From assembly GCA_009602725.1 (NCBI GenBank), contig WELB01000023.1, forward strand, positions 323,637 to 387,636: DNA of 64,000 bases, in the 5' to 3' direction. Below the pieces are notes generated by a model. It did not search any database and was not told the DNA's origin. It saw nothing but the letters and a program-made list of their open reading frames with translations. Positions 37,911 through 48,641 of this stretch are shown here, one piece after another (the first letter of the stretch is position 1; each line of letters starts with the position of its first letter). The translations under genes and the position numbers were made by a program. The DNA comes from Spirogloea muscicola (taxonomy: Eukaryota).

Positions 37911-40900
37911 ATGGCCGATGCTGCCGCGCCGGCGCTGTAATTAGAGGGAGGGTAACGAGTGCTTGCTGATCCGGTGGAGCCCGATGGGGCTTGTGGGCCA
38001 TCGCTCGGCAGCGGCGCCCCGCTGTGGCCCTGAACGTCTGCGGCGATGGCCAGCGGGCCGCTCGTGCTCCCCAGGCTGCTCCGCTTGTACTTGGTCGACG
38101 GCTGTGATCGTGAGCAAGAGCGGCTGAACGCACGTGACTTCGATTCTGCCGCATTCCGACTGCCGCCATTGCCGCGACGACATGGAGCTGCGCTGCGGCA
38201 CGGCGGCCCTGCACCTGCTGCCTGCCCGATGCACAGCCGCTGTGGGCCTCGCACTGCGCCCCCGGGTCCCGGTGGCAGTCATGCGGGGCCGCTGGTGGAA
38301 ACACTGGCCGTGGCTTGCACCGCAGAAGCGCGCCGGGGCTTGTCGTAGCGCGGTGGACAGCAGTGGAGGCGGCCTCGCTCTGTCGGCGGCAGCGGCTCTG
38401 CCCTTTCGGTGGGGCAAGGAGCCAGTCGTGGAGCTGCCGTTCGACTACTATCAGGTCTGACGCCACCGCGCTAACCCACTTCTGTGCCAAGGCCCTGCCT
38501 TTGGCATTGGTGCCGACTCAGTCCAGCTTATTGTGCTGTCCCCATCACCGGCAAGTTCTGAGGCACGATAGATGCCCTGCATGCAGTCGTTTACCTCCAT
38601 GTCCTTATGGTTGTCGTCCCATGGTGCTGGTGCAGGTGCTGGGCGCGCAGACGCACTTCCTCGCCGACTCGATCCAGCGTGCGCATGAGGCTCGCGTGGC
38701 GGCGCCGCTGCCGGCAGAGGGATTCAGCACGGACACACTGGCGGCGCGGCGCGAGCTCCTGGCTGCGGCGCGTGACACGCTGGCCGACCCGCGGCGCCGC
38801 GGCGAGTACAACGACGCGCTGCTGCGCGCCCTGGACGCGGCAGGGCCCGCTGGTGCGGCAGGCGGCGTGGCGAGAGCCATACAATGGAGCCAGGTACCGG
38901 GCGCGCTGTGCCTTNACGTGGCGCTCTCGGTCGCGCTCGCGCACTCTGCGGAGGCGCGTGCCCGGCTGGCCAGCAATCCGCCCGACGCCGTCGCGGCGTC
39001 CGAGGCTCTCGAGACTGCGCTCCGGATCCTCCAGGTACTGCGCTTGGCGCTGCCGCCACTGATGGGCTCTCACTGCATGCAGAAGTCGCCGTGCAGATTC
39101 CTTGCTCGGGCGATGCTTGCTGGCCACCTTTGACCGTGTGGCAGTGGCCGGCGGGCGGCATCGCAGGACGAGGGCGGCCGGGCGTTAGCTCCGGCGCTGC
39201 AGGAGGAGCTGGAGGCGGCCTTGGAGCGGCTGGCGCCACGCTGCGTGCTCGACCTCTTGGCGCTGCCGCTCGGTGCACCGCATGAGGTCGCCCGCCGCGA
39301 GGGCTTGCAGGTCTGACGATGCCACCGCCACTCTGCGGCTTACGCGCTTGACTTGCCGCATGCTAGCATTAGCAAGGCTGTCGGTTTCATCTGCGTCGTG
39401 CGCGCGCTGCAGGGCGTCCGAGCAATGCTGTGGGCGCCTGGCGGCGCAGCGCTGGGCCCGGGGTCGCCAAGCGGGCTCCCGCGCGAGCAGTTCATGCGCG
39501 AGGCCTTCATGGTCATGACTGCGGAGGAGCAGGTGCGGCAAGCTGAGCTACACCTTCAGTGTTGCCTGGCATGAAGCTGATCACTGTAATATCATGGGCT
39601 GTTAAGTTGGCCATTTATGGTTGCAGCTTGACCAGTGTTTTAGCTTCACACCACTCTTGATTGATCATATATAAGATAATTGATGGCCCAGGTGGCGCTT
39701 CTGAGGGCGACCCCAAGCAGCGTGCCTGCTGAGCCCCTGGAGGTGTACAATGGCGGGCTGGCGCTGGCGGCACGGGGCTTTGCGACGCGCCGGCCGGCGC
39801 TCGTGCGAGAGGCTGACGACCTGCTCGCGCAGCTGCCGCCGACGGCGCCGCCGTTGCCGCCGGCACCGCTTGCACCGCGAGGCGTGCAGAGGGGGGGGGA
39901 CCCCCCGCCAGAGGTTGCGCTGGAGCGTGCAATGTGCGCACTGCTGCTCGGCCGCGTCGGCGCCGCCCGGGCTTGGCTGGGCCTCTCTGGGCCGCCGCCG
40001 TGGTCAGTGGCCGACCCCGGCATCACGCGCTTTGTGCTGGCGCACTCGCCGGCAGCGGCGGCCGCCGCCGCTGCCAGTAGCAGCGCCGTAAATGGCGGTG
40101 AGGATGTGGGCGACGACAACGATGTGCTTCTCCCGGGGCTCTGCCGCCTGCTCGAGCGCTGGCTCGGCGAGGTGCTGCTGCCGCGGTTCCGCGATACTGC
40201 CAACGCGCCGTCGGCGCTAGCAGGCTACTTTGACAACGCCAGCGTGCGTGCGTACCTGGAGGGCCTCGACCGTGGCTCATTGCTCGATGCACTGGCGCAC
40301 GCTGGCGCCGCAACCCTCGGCACTGTGCACCGCGCCCTCTCGCTCGGGCGCACTGCGTGGCTGCATGGGCGCACTGCCGCTGACGAGGACCTTGCTGATA
40401 GCACGGCCTACCGGCTTCGCAGCGGGGTGCTGGCTGCGGAGAGGGCGGCAGACGAAGTGCTGTCTGCTGGCACTCGCAGCCTGCGGCGGACTGCGGCCAG
40501 CAATAGCGGCAGCGGCGCAGCGCTCCTTGAAGACGAGGAAGCTTCTTCAGCGCCGGCGGCGGCGGCAATGGCGCTGCAGCCGCCTCTGCCATCGTCTCTG
40601 AGCCCATCTGGTGACAGGCGAGCAGCGGCAAGTGGCGAGGCAGGCAGCTCCAGCAACGGCACGGTGACTGCCGCCGCCTCTGAACTTGCTGGCAGGCAGC
40701 TCGCCGCTCCGCCAAGACCCGCAGCTCTTCCGCAGCTGCCACCGGGGCTGCCGCCGGTGAAGCGCCAGGCCGAGGGTGCCATGGACGTGCTCCGGGAGCG
40801 GCTGGCCGGCAACGAAGGGGTTGCGGCAGTCGCCGCCGCGCTCGTCGCGCTGCTGGCACTGGCCGTGCACTACCGGCACCGGGCCACTGCTGGTGGCCCC

Positions 40901-41847
40901 ACGGCGATGCGCCAGCATCACAGAGTCTCCACCACGACCACAACAACCGTTGGTGCGAGTCCGCACCCTGCTCTTCCTTCTCTTGTGCTGCGCCGAGGAA
41001 CTTTCATTTAGATAAAACGTAAAGTAATGTTGTGTTGCAGATCTTTAAACCCCTGTGTCCTAAGTTACTCCCATAGCTCATCTGTGCCGCCATGGCATGC
41101 CTGTACTCTGTCGTTGGCAGGGAAGCCGGCGGCCCCCCGCGAGCACGTCTTGCCTCTTGACAAGCGGCGGGCCGAGGCAGTTGTACGGCGGTGGCAGGCC
41201 GCCAAAGCAGACGCGCTTGGGCCACAGCACAATGTCGCTGCATTGCACCAGGTACAGCAATGTCAAGAGTGCAGCTCCACACACTAGTAAGCTGCAGCAC
41301 CAGCGGGCGGGAGCTAGAAGTGGCCACAACTAACTGGAACCTACAATTGCTGCCCGTTCACGTCTTTGGTAGAGCAGCTCAGATACTGCTGTAAGCTTGA
41401 GAGCAGCAGTCGTAACTGTCTGAAGCAATCTGATGATGATAGCTTGACTGACAAAAACAGCGGGAGAAAACCTATGATTGTAACAGCTCTTCTTCTTGCA
41501 CTGTGACTTGGTGCTGGCAGGTCCTGGACGGCGCTATGCTGGAGGAATGGGCAGTCAAGGCTCGCGAGGTGCACCGCCGTGGCCTGCACTGGCAGTATCA
41601 GCTTGACGCCGTGCGTGTGGGCAGCCTCATCCTGTCGGAGAGCGGGCGGCGCGCCATGGTGGAGGCCGAGCTGCGCGAGAGTGCGGCATTGGTCGCAGAA
41701 GGTGCTGGCGGCGGCCGGCGGAGCTCCTACCGCAGCACGTACACGAGCCGCTATGAGCTGCGCTATTTTGGCACTAGCACTAGCAGCAGCGGCAGCGGCA
41801 GCTGGAAAATAAGCAGCGGCAGCGTCGTGCATGAGAAAACTGAATGA
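37911..41847 (+). CDS. ARC6: Plastid division protein ARC6 (J-like domain, TM helix, C-terminal IMS domain); start codon uncertain
   Basis: LPFDYYQVLGAQTHFLADSIQRAHEAR...GFSTDTLAARRELLAAARDTLADPRRRGEYN; VPGALC; FMREAFMVMTAEEQV; ALERAMCALLLG; LLPGLCRLLERWLGEVLLPRFRD; AEAVVRRWQAAKADALGPQH; VLDGAMLEEW...SYRSTYTSRYEL...WKI. Confidence 0.93.
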
Positions 41848-42330
41848 GAGACCCTCACTGCTCCGGTTGTTGAATACCATCTTCCAATCTTTCACATTGC
41901 CATTCGAAGTTTGTCACAAAGCAAATCAAGCATTCAATGCAGAAAGTCAATGCTGTGCTCATGTGTGAAACGCTTACTCTCATAGCACCATGTCTAAGTC
42001 ACATGCGCGAATGTCCAAGTGACTCAGAGGAGATGAGGTAGCCCCAGGTGACTAGGCCCATGTATGCGCTTCTTGGCTTCGTTAGAGTGGGCAACGTGCA
42101 TCCGCTCAATGATCACAATCATTAACAAGTGATCCCGTGGCACCCAGAATGGGGGTGGGCCATAACTATGAAAATAGTAGCTGAAGGGCAACACTGGCAG
42201 CTAGCAAAACTGCAATCTGCACTACGTCTTAGGAAGGATCTTGATGGCCAGGAGCGTGGACCTGGCAACACTGACTGATCGGAACAGGCACTGTGCGCCG
42301 TGCTGGGACATTTCTGCGGGCACGGCGTTT

Positions 42331-45202
42331 TCAAAAAGCAAACCGTCTCCGGCACAGGCTGGAGCCATGCTCGGCATACTCTTGCTTTGTCACCACCTTC
42401 TGCTCAAACTGCGGGCTGCTTGAGAAAATTGCTCCCCCCCTCCATGCGCACAGCTCCGGCCTACGAGCACCGTTCGCATCAAGAGAATGTCATGCGAAGA
42501 GATGAAGATGGAAACACTCGTCAGGCTTGCACAAGGTGACAGACAGAGCAAATGAGGGAAGGGCTTGTAAGGGCTTTCGTTTGGAGGCCCATCGATTGGG
42601 TGTACCTGTCTGGAAGTATCACATTTAAGCCATACTCATCTGGCACAAGAGCCCTCAGCTCCATCTCACTACCAACACACGCACACGTCGTCGCCCAGGC
42701 GGCACCCGTAGGACAGCGTCAGCAATACTGAGACCAGCACAGGCTGGGCACAGCAGCACAAGCCCACCTGGCAATTGTGCACAAACATCATTCATGACCA
42801 TGGGCGTCTTACAGCTTCTCTCGGAAGCCGTGGAAGAGCGTGCTGCCGCCAGTCAGCAAGATGCTGCAATGAGCCCAAGGAAAGGACAGCGACATGAGGT
42901 GAGATTGGTCATATCCAAGCGTTGCGTCAGGGGCACATGTGCCTGCAGGTACGCTGTGTCACACTTCCCAGTCAGAGGCGCCCAGGTTGTGCCAACAAGA
43001 GGTGATGCACTTGGCAGGATAACTATGTGCATGGCGGCCTGCCGCAGCGAGCACAAAAGCACGGGCCTTGTTTCGTCACATAGTCGACCAACTTTGTGGC
43101 ATTGAGATCAGGGGCGTCCGCTGACCTGGAGTAGAGCAGCGGGTGCATGTCTGCTGGGCAGGCTTTGACGGCGTGGACGATGCATTCTGCCAGCCCAGCC
43201 TGATTGATACCTGGCCATCAGCCGCAGCATAATTGTCAATCTTTTCTGTCGTCTTGATGGCTTTGCGACGAGCTTCACGGTGCACCCCAAAATCCTTGCA
43301 GAGGTACTGCTGGCTGACCTTCCTCCATAAAGGTCAATGCAGTGGGACTTAAAACCTCGTGCAACCTCAGCTGTGAGTGTGAGTCCACTTGCACCGAGCA
43401 GTTGGCACTGGAGCTCACCCAAGTCGGCAGGGTGGAAGAGCATCTCAGGCACCAGGAATCGCTCATTAGTCAGAACAATGGTCGTCTGCGGGACTCCAAG
43501 GCTTGCGAAGAGTCACAGCCAGCGCAAAGACCGGAACGCTGGGCGTCCCATAATCAGTACAAGAGCAAGTCGAAATTGCGATCTCCATCCCATGTATTGG
43601 ACACCTGCCGGCTGACATGGACATATGACCATGTCAGACGTCACCTAGTTGGTGGGTGCTGAACACCTGCTCGTCATCCGCCATGCTCCTGCCAGCTGTG
43701 GCACCAGTCTTGCTTGAGCCGTCATCTTGCCTCCTGGCGCTGCCACTTGATGTCGAGTGGGCCCCACCTGTCGCAGCCCGCAGCTCGCCCTCCCCGGCAG
43801 TGCTGGCTAGTGAGCTCACTCGCTTGGCAGCCTCGGCAGCCGCAGGGTCTCGTACGAAGCCGCGTTTGTGTCGGATGCCGTCCGGGAGGACATACTCCGC
43901 GCGTATGTAGTTATCGGGCCCGGTCCTCCTGGGCCACAAGAGCGCAGGGTCAGGATTGTGGCGCCATGGAGGAGGCATCACCATGCGGCAGCGAGGCGAG
44001 CTGCGGGGGCTCGGCTGAGCTGAGGCACTAAGGCAACAATGTTATTACTGTACCTGGCAATCTCAAGGTCCCGTGCCACGTCCAGCGAGCAGAAGCAGAG
44101 GCGGTGCTTCACGTCCTCCAGGATGTACGCCTCGCCGCGGACGTCGAGCGAGCGGTACGACACGAGCTCGACGAGGTGGTTCGTCAGGCCCTTGCCGCCG
44201 AGGTCGATGCGGCGCACCGCGGCGGGCACCACCCGGCCGCCCACCAGCGGCGTCACGTGCGTGAACGAGAACCCGGCGTCCACGACAACGCCGCATCGCG
44301 CCTCGGCCAGCACGCTGCCCGGCTCGGCGGTCGCCTGCCAACCAGCCGGCCATCGACGGCCTGGCTTTCAGCTCTCGCCGACAAATGTGGGTGTCTCGAG
44401 GCCGCCGGAAGGCCGTCGAGCTCTAACGCTGCCCTTAAGGGTTCAGGCTTTAGGATTGAGATTTAGGTGTTGGGGTTTATGTTTAAGGGTCTAAGGGATA
44501 GGATTTGAGGATTTGGGGTTTAGGTTTTGGGATCCTAAACCGTAAACCCTTAAAAGCGTTTAGGCTTTAGGATTGATATTTAGGGGTTAGGGCTTAGGGG
44601 ATTAGTTTAAGGTTTGAGGCTTAGGGTTTCTAGGCCTGGCACCTGGCACAGGCGGCTGAGCGCTGCCGCGGGCGCCGCGCAGTAAGCCCGGAAGCCGAGC
44701 TCCTCGAACACGACCTCGTCGGTGGCGGCGGCGATCGCCGGCAGCGTGAAGGGCGGCTCGGTGAGCAGGAGCGCGGCGGCGTCGGGCGGCGCGATGCCGG
44801 CGGCGGCGAAGGCGCGGCCACACACCGCGCGCTGCACGTCCCAGCTCACGACGTACCCGCGGTCGCACGGCCGCCTGTGGGGCCGCAGCAGGGACGTAAG
44901 CGCCGCTGCCGCCGGATTTTGATGGCGCGGCCATGGCCGTCAGCGCCGCCGTCGCCAGAGTCGACGGCGCGGCCATGGCGGCGCGGCGCGGCTCACCGGA
45001 TGGCCAGGCCGGAGACGTCGCCGCAGGCGTCGAGTTCGTCGCCGACGAGCGCGCGGCGGGCGCTACGCGGCCTCGCGACCAGGCTGGGCAGCGAAAGCGG
45101 GGTCTCGTCGCCGGCGCGGCCCACGCGGCAGGTCCCGCCACCGCTGTCCACGACCACGACGCCGCCGCCGCCGCCGCCGCCGCCGCCGCTGGCCGCCGGC
45201 AT
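42331..45202 (-). CDS. ARP6: Actin-related protein 6 (SWR1 complex)
   Basis: VVVDSGGGTCRVG; RPCDRGYVVSWD; LLLTEPPFTLP; VVVDAGFSFTHVTP; RRIDLGGKGLTNHLVELVSYR; EYVLPDG; TNERFLVPEMLFHPADLG; LTGGSTLF; AWRGGS...VTKQEYAEHGSSLCRRRFAF*. Confidence 0.95.
44436..44634 (+). repeat. Degenerate TTTAGGG-like interstitial repeat tract in ARP6 intron 2
   Basis: Many imperfect units (tttagg, ttaggg, tttgagg, gcttaggg) and a short inverted cctaaaccgtaaaccct. Confidence 0.75.
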
Positions 45203-45234
45203 GCGCGCTCGACGAAGCAGGCGAGCGAGGAAGC

Positions 45235-45306
45235 TTAGGAGACAGGTTTAGGGGTTAGGTTTAGGTTTGCGGGGTTTTAGGGTTCAGTATTAGGATTAGG
45301 GGTTAG
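45235..45306. promoter_or_regulatory. Telo-box/telomere-like tract in the ~155-bp divergent promoter between ARP6 and the next gene
   Basis: ggtttaggggttaggtttaggtttgcggggttttagggtt...ttaggggttag between ATGs at 45202 (-) and 45357 (+). Confidence 0.55.
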
Positions 45307-45356
45307 AAGCTTCCAGGTACTACGACACAGGCGGTGGCCCCGTCGCTGCCGCGGGC

Positions 45357-45486
45357 ATGGCGCCCGCCGCCGCCGCAGCGCTGCTGGCTGTCGCCGNCGC
45401 GGCGCGCCACGGCGGCGGCGACGGCGGCGCCGTCGTCCCGGCGCGGCTTTCGTTATCACATTCCGTGACGGGAGGCCCGGGCGCGG

Positions 45487-45517
<31 letters not shown>

Positions 45518-46996
45518 AGGAGCTCTACTTCGGCCTCTTCATGCTGCGGACGGCGGGCGCGTACTTGTACGACGCCGCCGGGAATCGATCCCGCGTCGAC
45601 CGCGCGGACGGCCGCGGCGACCGCTACTGCGGGTGGGCGCCGCCCGCATCCCCAATGGCGCTGCCGTTCACAACGAACGTGGCTCGGCCCTCCGTAAGCC
45701 CCTTGATGAGAGCCGCTTGTCATCGTCGTCTGATGGCGAGGGCCCATGTTCGGCGGTCGTTCTCTCGCTGGCAGGACCGCCGCGCCGCTGAGTGCCACGC
45801 CGTGCAGCCACCTGGTCGTGGGCGGCGTGCGATACCTGCTGTTCCCAGACCTTCGGGTTGGTCACCGGGGCCCACCCTGCGGCGCTCCACCAGGCGGTTG
45901 GTCTAGCCCATTTCCTGCGTGCTCGCAGCTGCGCTCAGCTGCTAAGTAGGTGAAGCAGGCCGAAGACGCTGACTTCGTGATCTCGTTCCTCTCTTTCGCT
46001 CGGAAGTACTGCTGCACGTGCTGCACGGCTGCCAACGGTTGCGGCATTGTGGCGCGGGACTGGCTCGCTGGCGCTGCATACCTGGGGAGTGATGAGGTCG
46101 ACGGCATCGTCTGCGACAAGTGGTCAGCTCCCATTGCGCATGGCTGGCGCTTCGCTTGGTCGTGGGACTTAAGTGCAGCGAAACCCATGTCATGGCCTGG
46201 TTGCTTCAATGCATATTGGCCCAATGCCGTGCTCTAACAGCGAGGGTGTGGCGTAGGAACAAGCCGGGCCTGCAGAATAACTACTACTGGCAGACGCCAG
46301 CCGGTGTGCCCATCCGCATCTACCAGGTCATTGCTCGCCTCACTGACTTTTGCCATTGCCTTAAGTACCGCCTGCCGCAGTAACAATAAACTCAAGAAGT
46401 CGTGCTGCTGTATCTAAACACCCTCGACCTTTCTCGAATTCAGAGAAACTTACGGAATGGGGCTTATTAAGGCTGATGCTTGTGCCGGCACTAGCCGCTA
46501 TTAAATATTGCAATGTCTTTGCGACGAGCCAGAGGTCTGTGCACAGCCAGTGCTTGCACCCGTGCAGCCAGCTATTATATTCCTGCACATGCCAACAGCC
46601 TGACAAGATTGTCTGCCTTGGCCCCTTCTGGCTGTGGTCGGGCAGGAGTATGCAGAGATGATGACATTCCGGCCTGATACGTACACAACATCTCCAGACT
46701 TTGTGGATAACACCTTCGCACTTCCGGAGTACTCTGAGTTAGCGGCAGCCCTTTCCATACACGCTTACATGTTGACAGGAGGTCATGCAAGAACGTTGGG
46801 CCTCCTGGTGCTTGACATTCTCGTCACAAGGGCCTTGTGAGTGACATGCTATCACAATGTAATATACTTTGATACCGTACACATGGAAAGCTAACACATG
46901 CTGTGTCCATGCAGCTGCAAGAGCGCTTGTTACGGGACCTGCCTCATAGCTGCTCAGGTGGGTTGCTCCCAACCAGCCTGCAAGCTGATGCCTTGA
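45357..46996 (+). CDS. Putative secreted Cys-rich protein, tentatively ependymin-related (EPDR/LolA-like fold)
   Basis: MAPAAAAALLAVA signal; YLYDAAGNRSRVDRADGRGDRYCG; TPCSHLVVGGVRYLLFPD; YCCTCCTAANGCGIVARDWLAGAAYLGSDEVDGIVCDKW; GLQNNYYWQTPAGVPIRIYQ; FALPDCKSACYGTC. The gene is well supported; the family call is tentative. Confidence 0.55.
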
Positions 46997-48337
46997 TGTT
47001 ACCTAGAGCCAATTCCAACGTCTTTGTAGCTCACTGAGCCTGCAGTTGCCGTGGTTGCAACCTTTGTACTGATAGGTCGGGTTGTTGCCGTGCTACTTAG
47101 GTGCCGCTTGCTGCAGCATGAGCTCTTTGAGAGAATCAGTGTACCATAACATACTGCTATGGAGCGAACTCACACTCTGTAGGTATGTTCACAAGTGATA
47201 TGGTAAGGTACTTCATTCTACATACATTCATACAGAGGCTCTCCTACAAAGTATTTTCACTCGATCAAGGATCGAAAGCTAGAACAAATCAGCAATTCTA
47301 CAACAGCTGATTGACTCGTCAAGAATCAGTAAACGCTGTGAAGGCAACCCTTTTGACGATTTTATTCGGAGTGACAGCTGCCTTTGGCTGGTCTAAAAGC
47401 TGAATTGACCACCCTTAACAATTTGCTGTCAACTTTGTGCAATGTGATTTGCAGCCGATATATGTGCTAAACAGCACTTGGATGATGTGGGCAGCGGACA
47501 AGGGTGGTGGTCTTTGTGGATGTCCTCTTTTCTCTTAGGAGTCCATTGGAAAGGGCCACATCAATGTAGCCATCGGCCAATCATATGAACTTGCCTACTC
47601 ATCAAGTCGGCTTCTCCAGGGCGAGAAAATCTCCGTCATGCTACCACTATCAGCAAGAGCGATGTAGAGTAGCAATGGCTCTAATGACGCAACTGGAGTT
47701 GCCGTCAGCAACAGGTCATCCATGAATCTCAGGCAGCAGCACGCATATGGTGATTGGCGGCTGTGATTAAACCACAGAGCAGGCCGGGGGCACGTCTCAT
47801 ACGACGCTTGAATGCCAGATGGGCAAGTGATTTGTGTTCTTCAGCTGCTGCCCTACAAAGCTGATAAGCGGCGATGCAAGCAGGGTGCGGAGATACCTGG
47901 CACATCCGCGCCCGCCCTACATCTGGTGTTTGTCTGCGCATGCCCCTTGTCAAACCTGGCAAACCTGACCTTTCTGCATTGTATAGCTGTTGGCTTGAGG
48001 CGCAACTCATTCGTCCACCTCTGAAGCTTGTCATATCATGAGGGTTGAGGGCTTCCAAGGGGATATTGTGAGGCCCCTCTTAGCCTGACGCTTCCATGGA
48101 TGCCACCTCTTATCATCTCAAAGGCACGTGGCTGGCCTTCACAGCCGCTCTCTGAGAAGCAACCGCTTCCCCCGTGGCAAGCTGCAGGTTTCTCGCTCGA
48201 GGCCATGCCTTGGCAGCAACACCTCTCTCCAAGACGACGAGGAGGACGTCGAGCAGGAGAGCCTTCGGACGCCTGTCCTGTGCTCTGCAGCCATCGCCCG
48301 CTACTGGACGATCTGACATCTGACGCCCGCTACTAGA

Positions 48338-48512
48338 TGCAAGCGCGGCCAGATTGACTGGTGGCTGGGAGAGGCCAGCCCAAAGGAATGGACAAGGTCT
48401 GGAGAAGCCGCAGTGCTAAGGACTAAGACAGCAGCAACGAGACTCTCACTCAGTAACCTCTCGTCAAAAGTTGCAGGTCTGAATAGCTAGCCGGCGGAAA
48501 GTCGTCACCCTA
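48338..48512 (-). mobile_element. CRE-like 3' fragment with variant terminal motif
   Basis: Minus-strand GDDFPPASYSDLQLLTRGY*, then UTR and gggctggcctctcccagccaccagtcaatctggccgcgc (also at ~63034-63068). Confidence 0.7.
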
Positions 48513-48641
48513 CTAGACGGTCATTACCGAGCGTCCAGGACCGGCTGGAAGTCGATTAAGCTTAACCGCGGCCGGTAACCAAGGCTGCGTTGGTCGAAGG
48601 TACCCTCTGACCAGCTCCCCCCCTGCGCCGCCGCGACGGCC

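Noticed and set aside
38915..38915. Apparent frameshift or deletion in ARC6 (similar single Ns at 22169, 45397, 48674)
   Set aside because: Single Ns in GC-rich exons are probably collapsed gaps of unknown size, not evidence of pseudogenisation.
40023..40946. Long antisense or alternate-frame ORFs (also 791-1681, 21414-22573, 53056-53622)
   Set aside because: They are Arg/Pro/Ala-rich shadows of GC-rich coding sequence on another frame or strand.
44436..44634. True telomere or chromosome fusion point
   Set aside because: The units are highly degenerate, short, and lie inside an intron of an intact gene.
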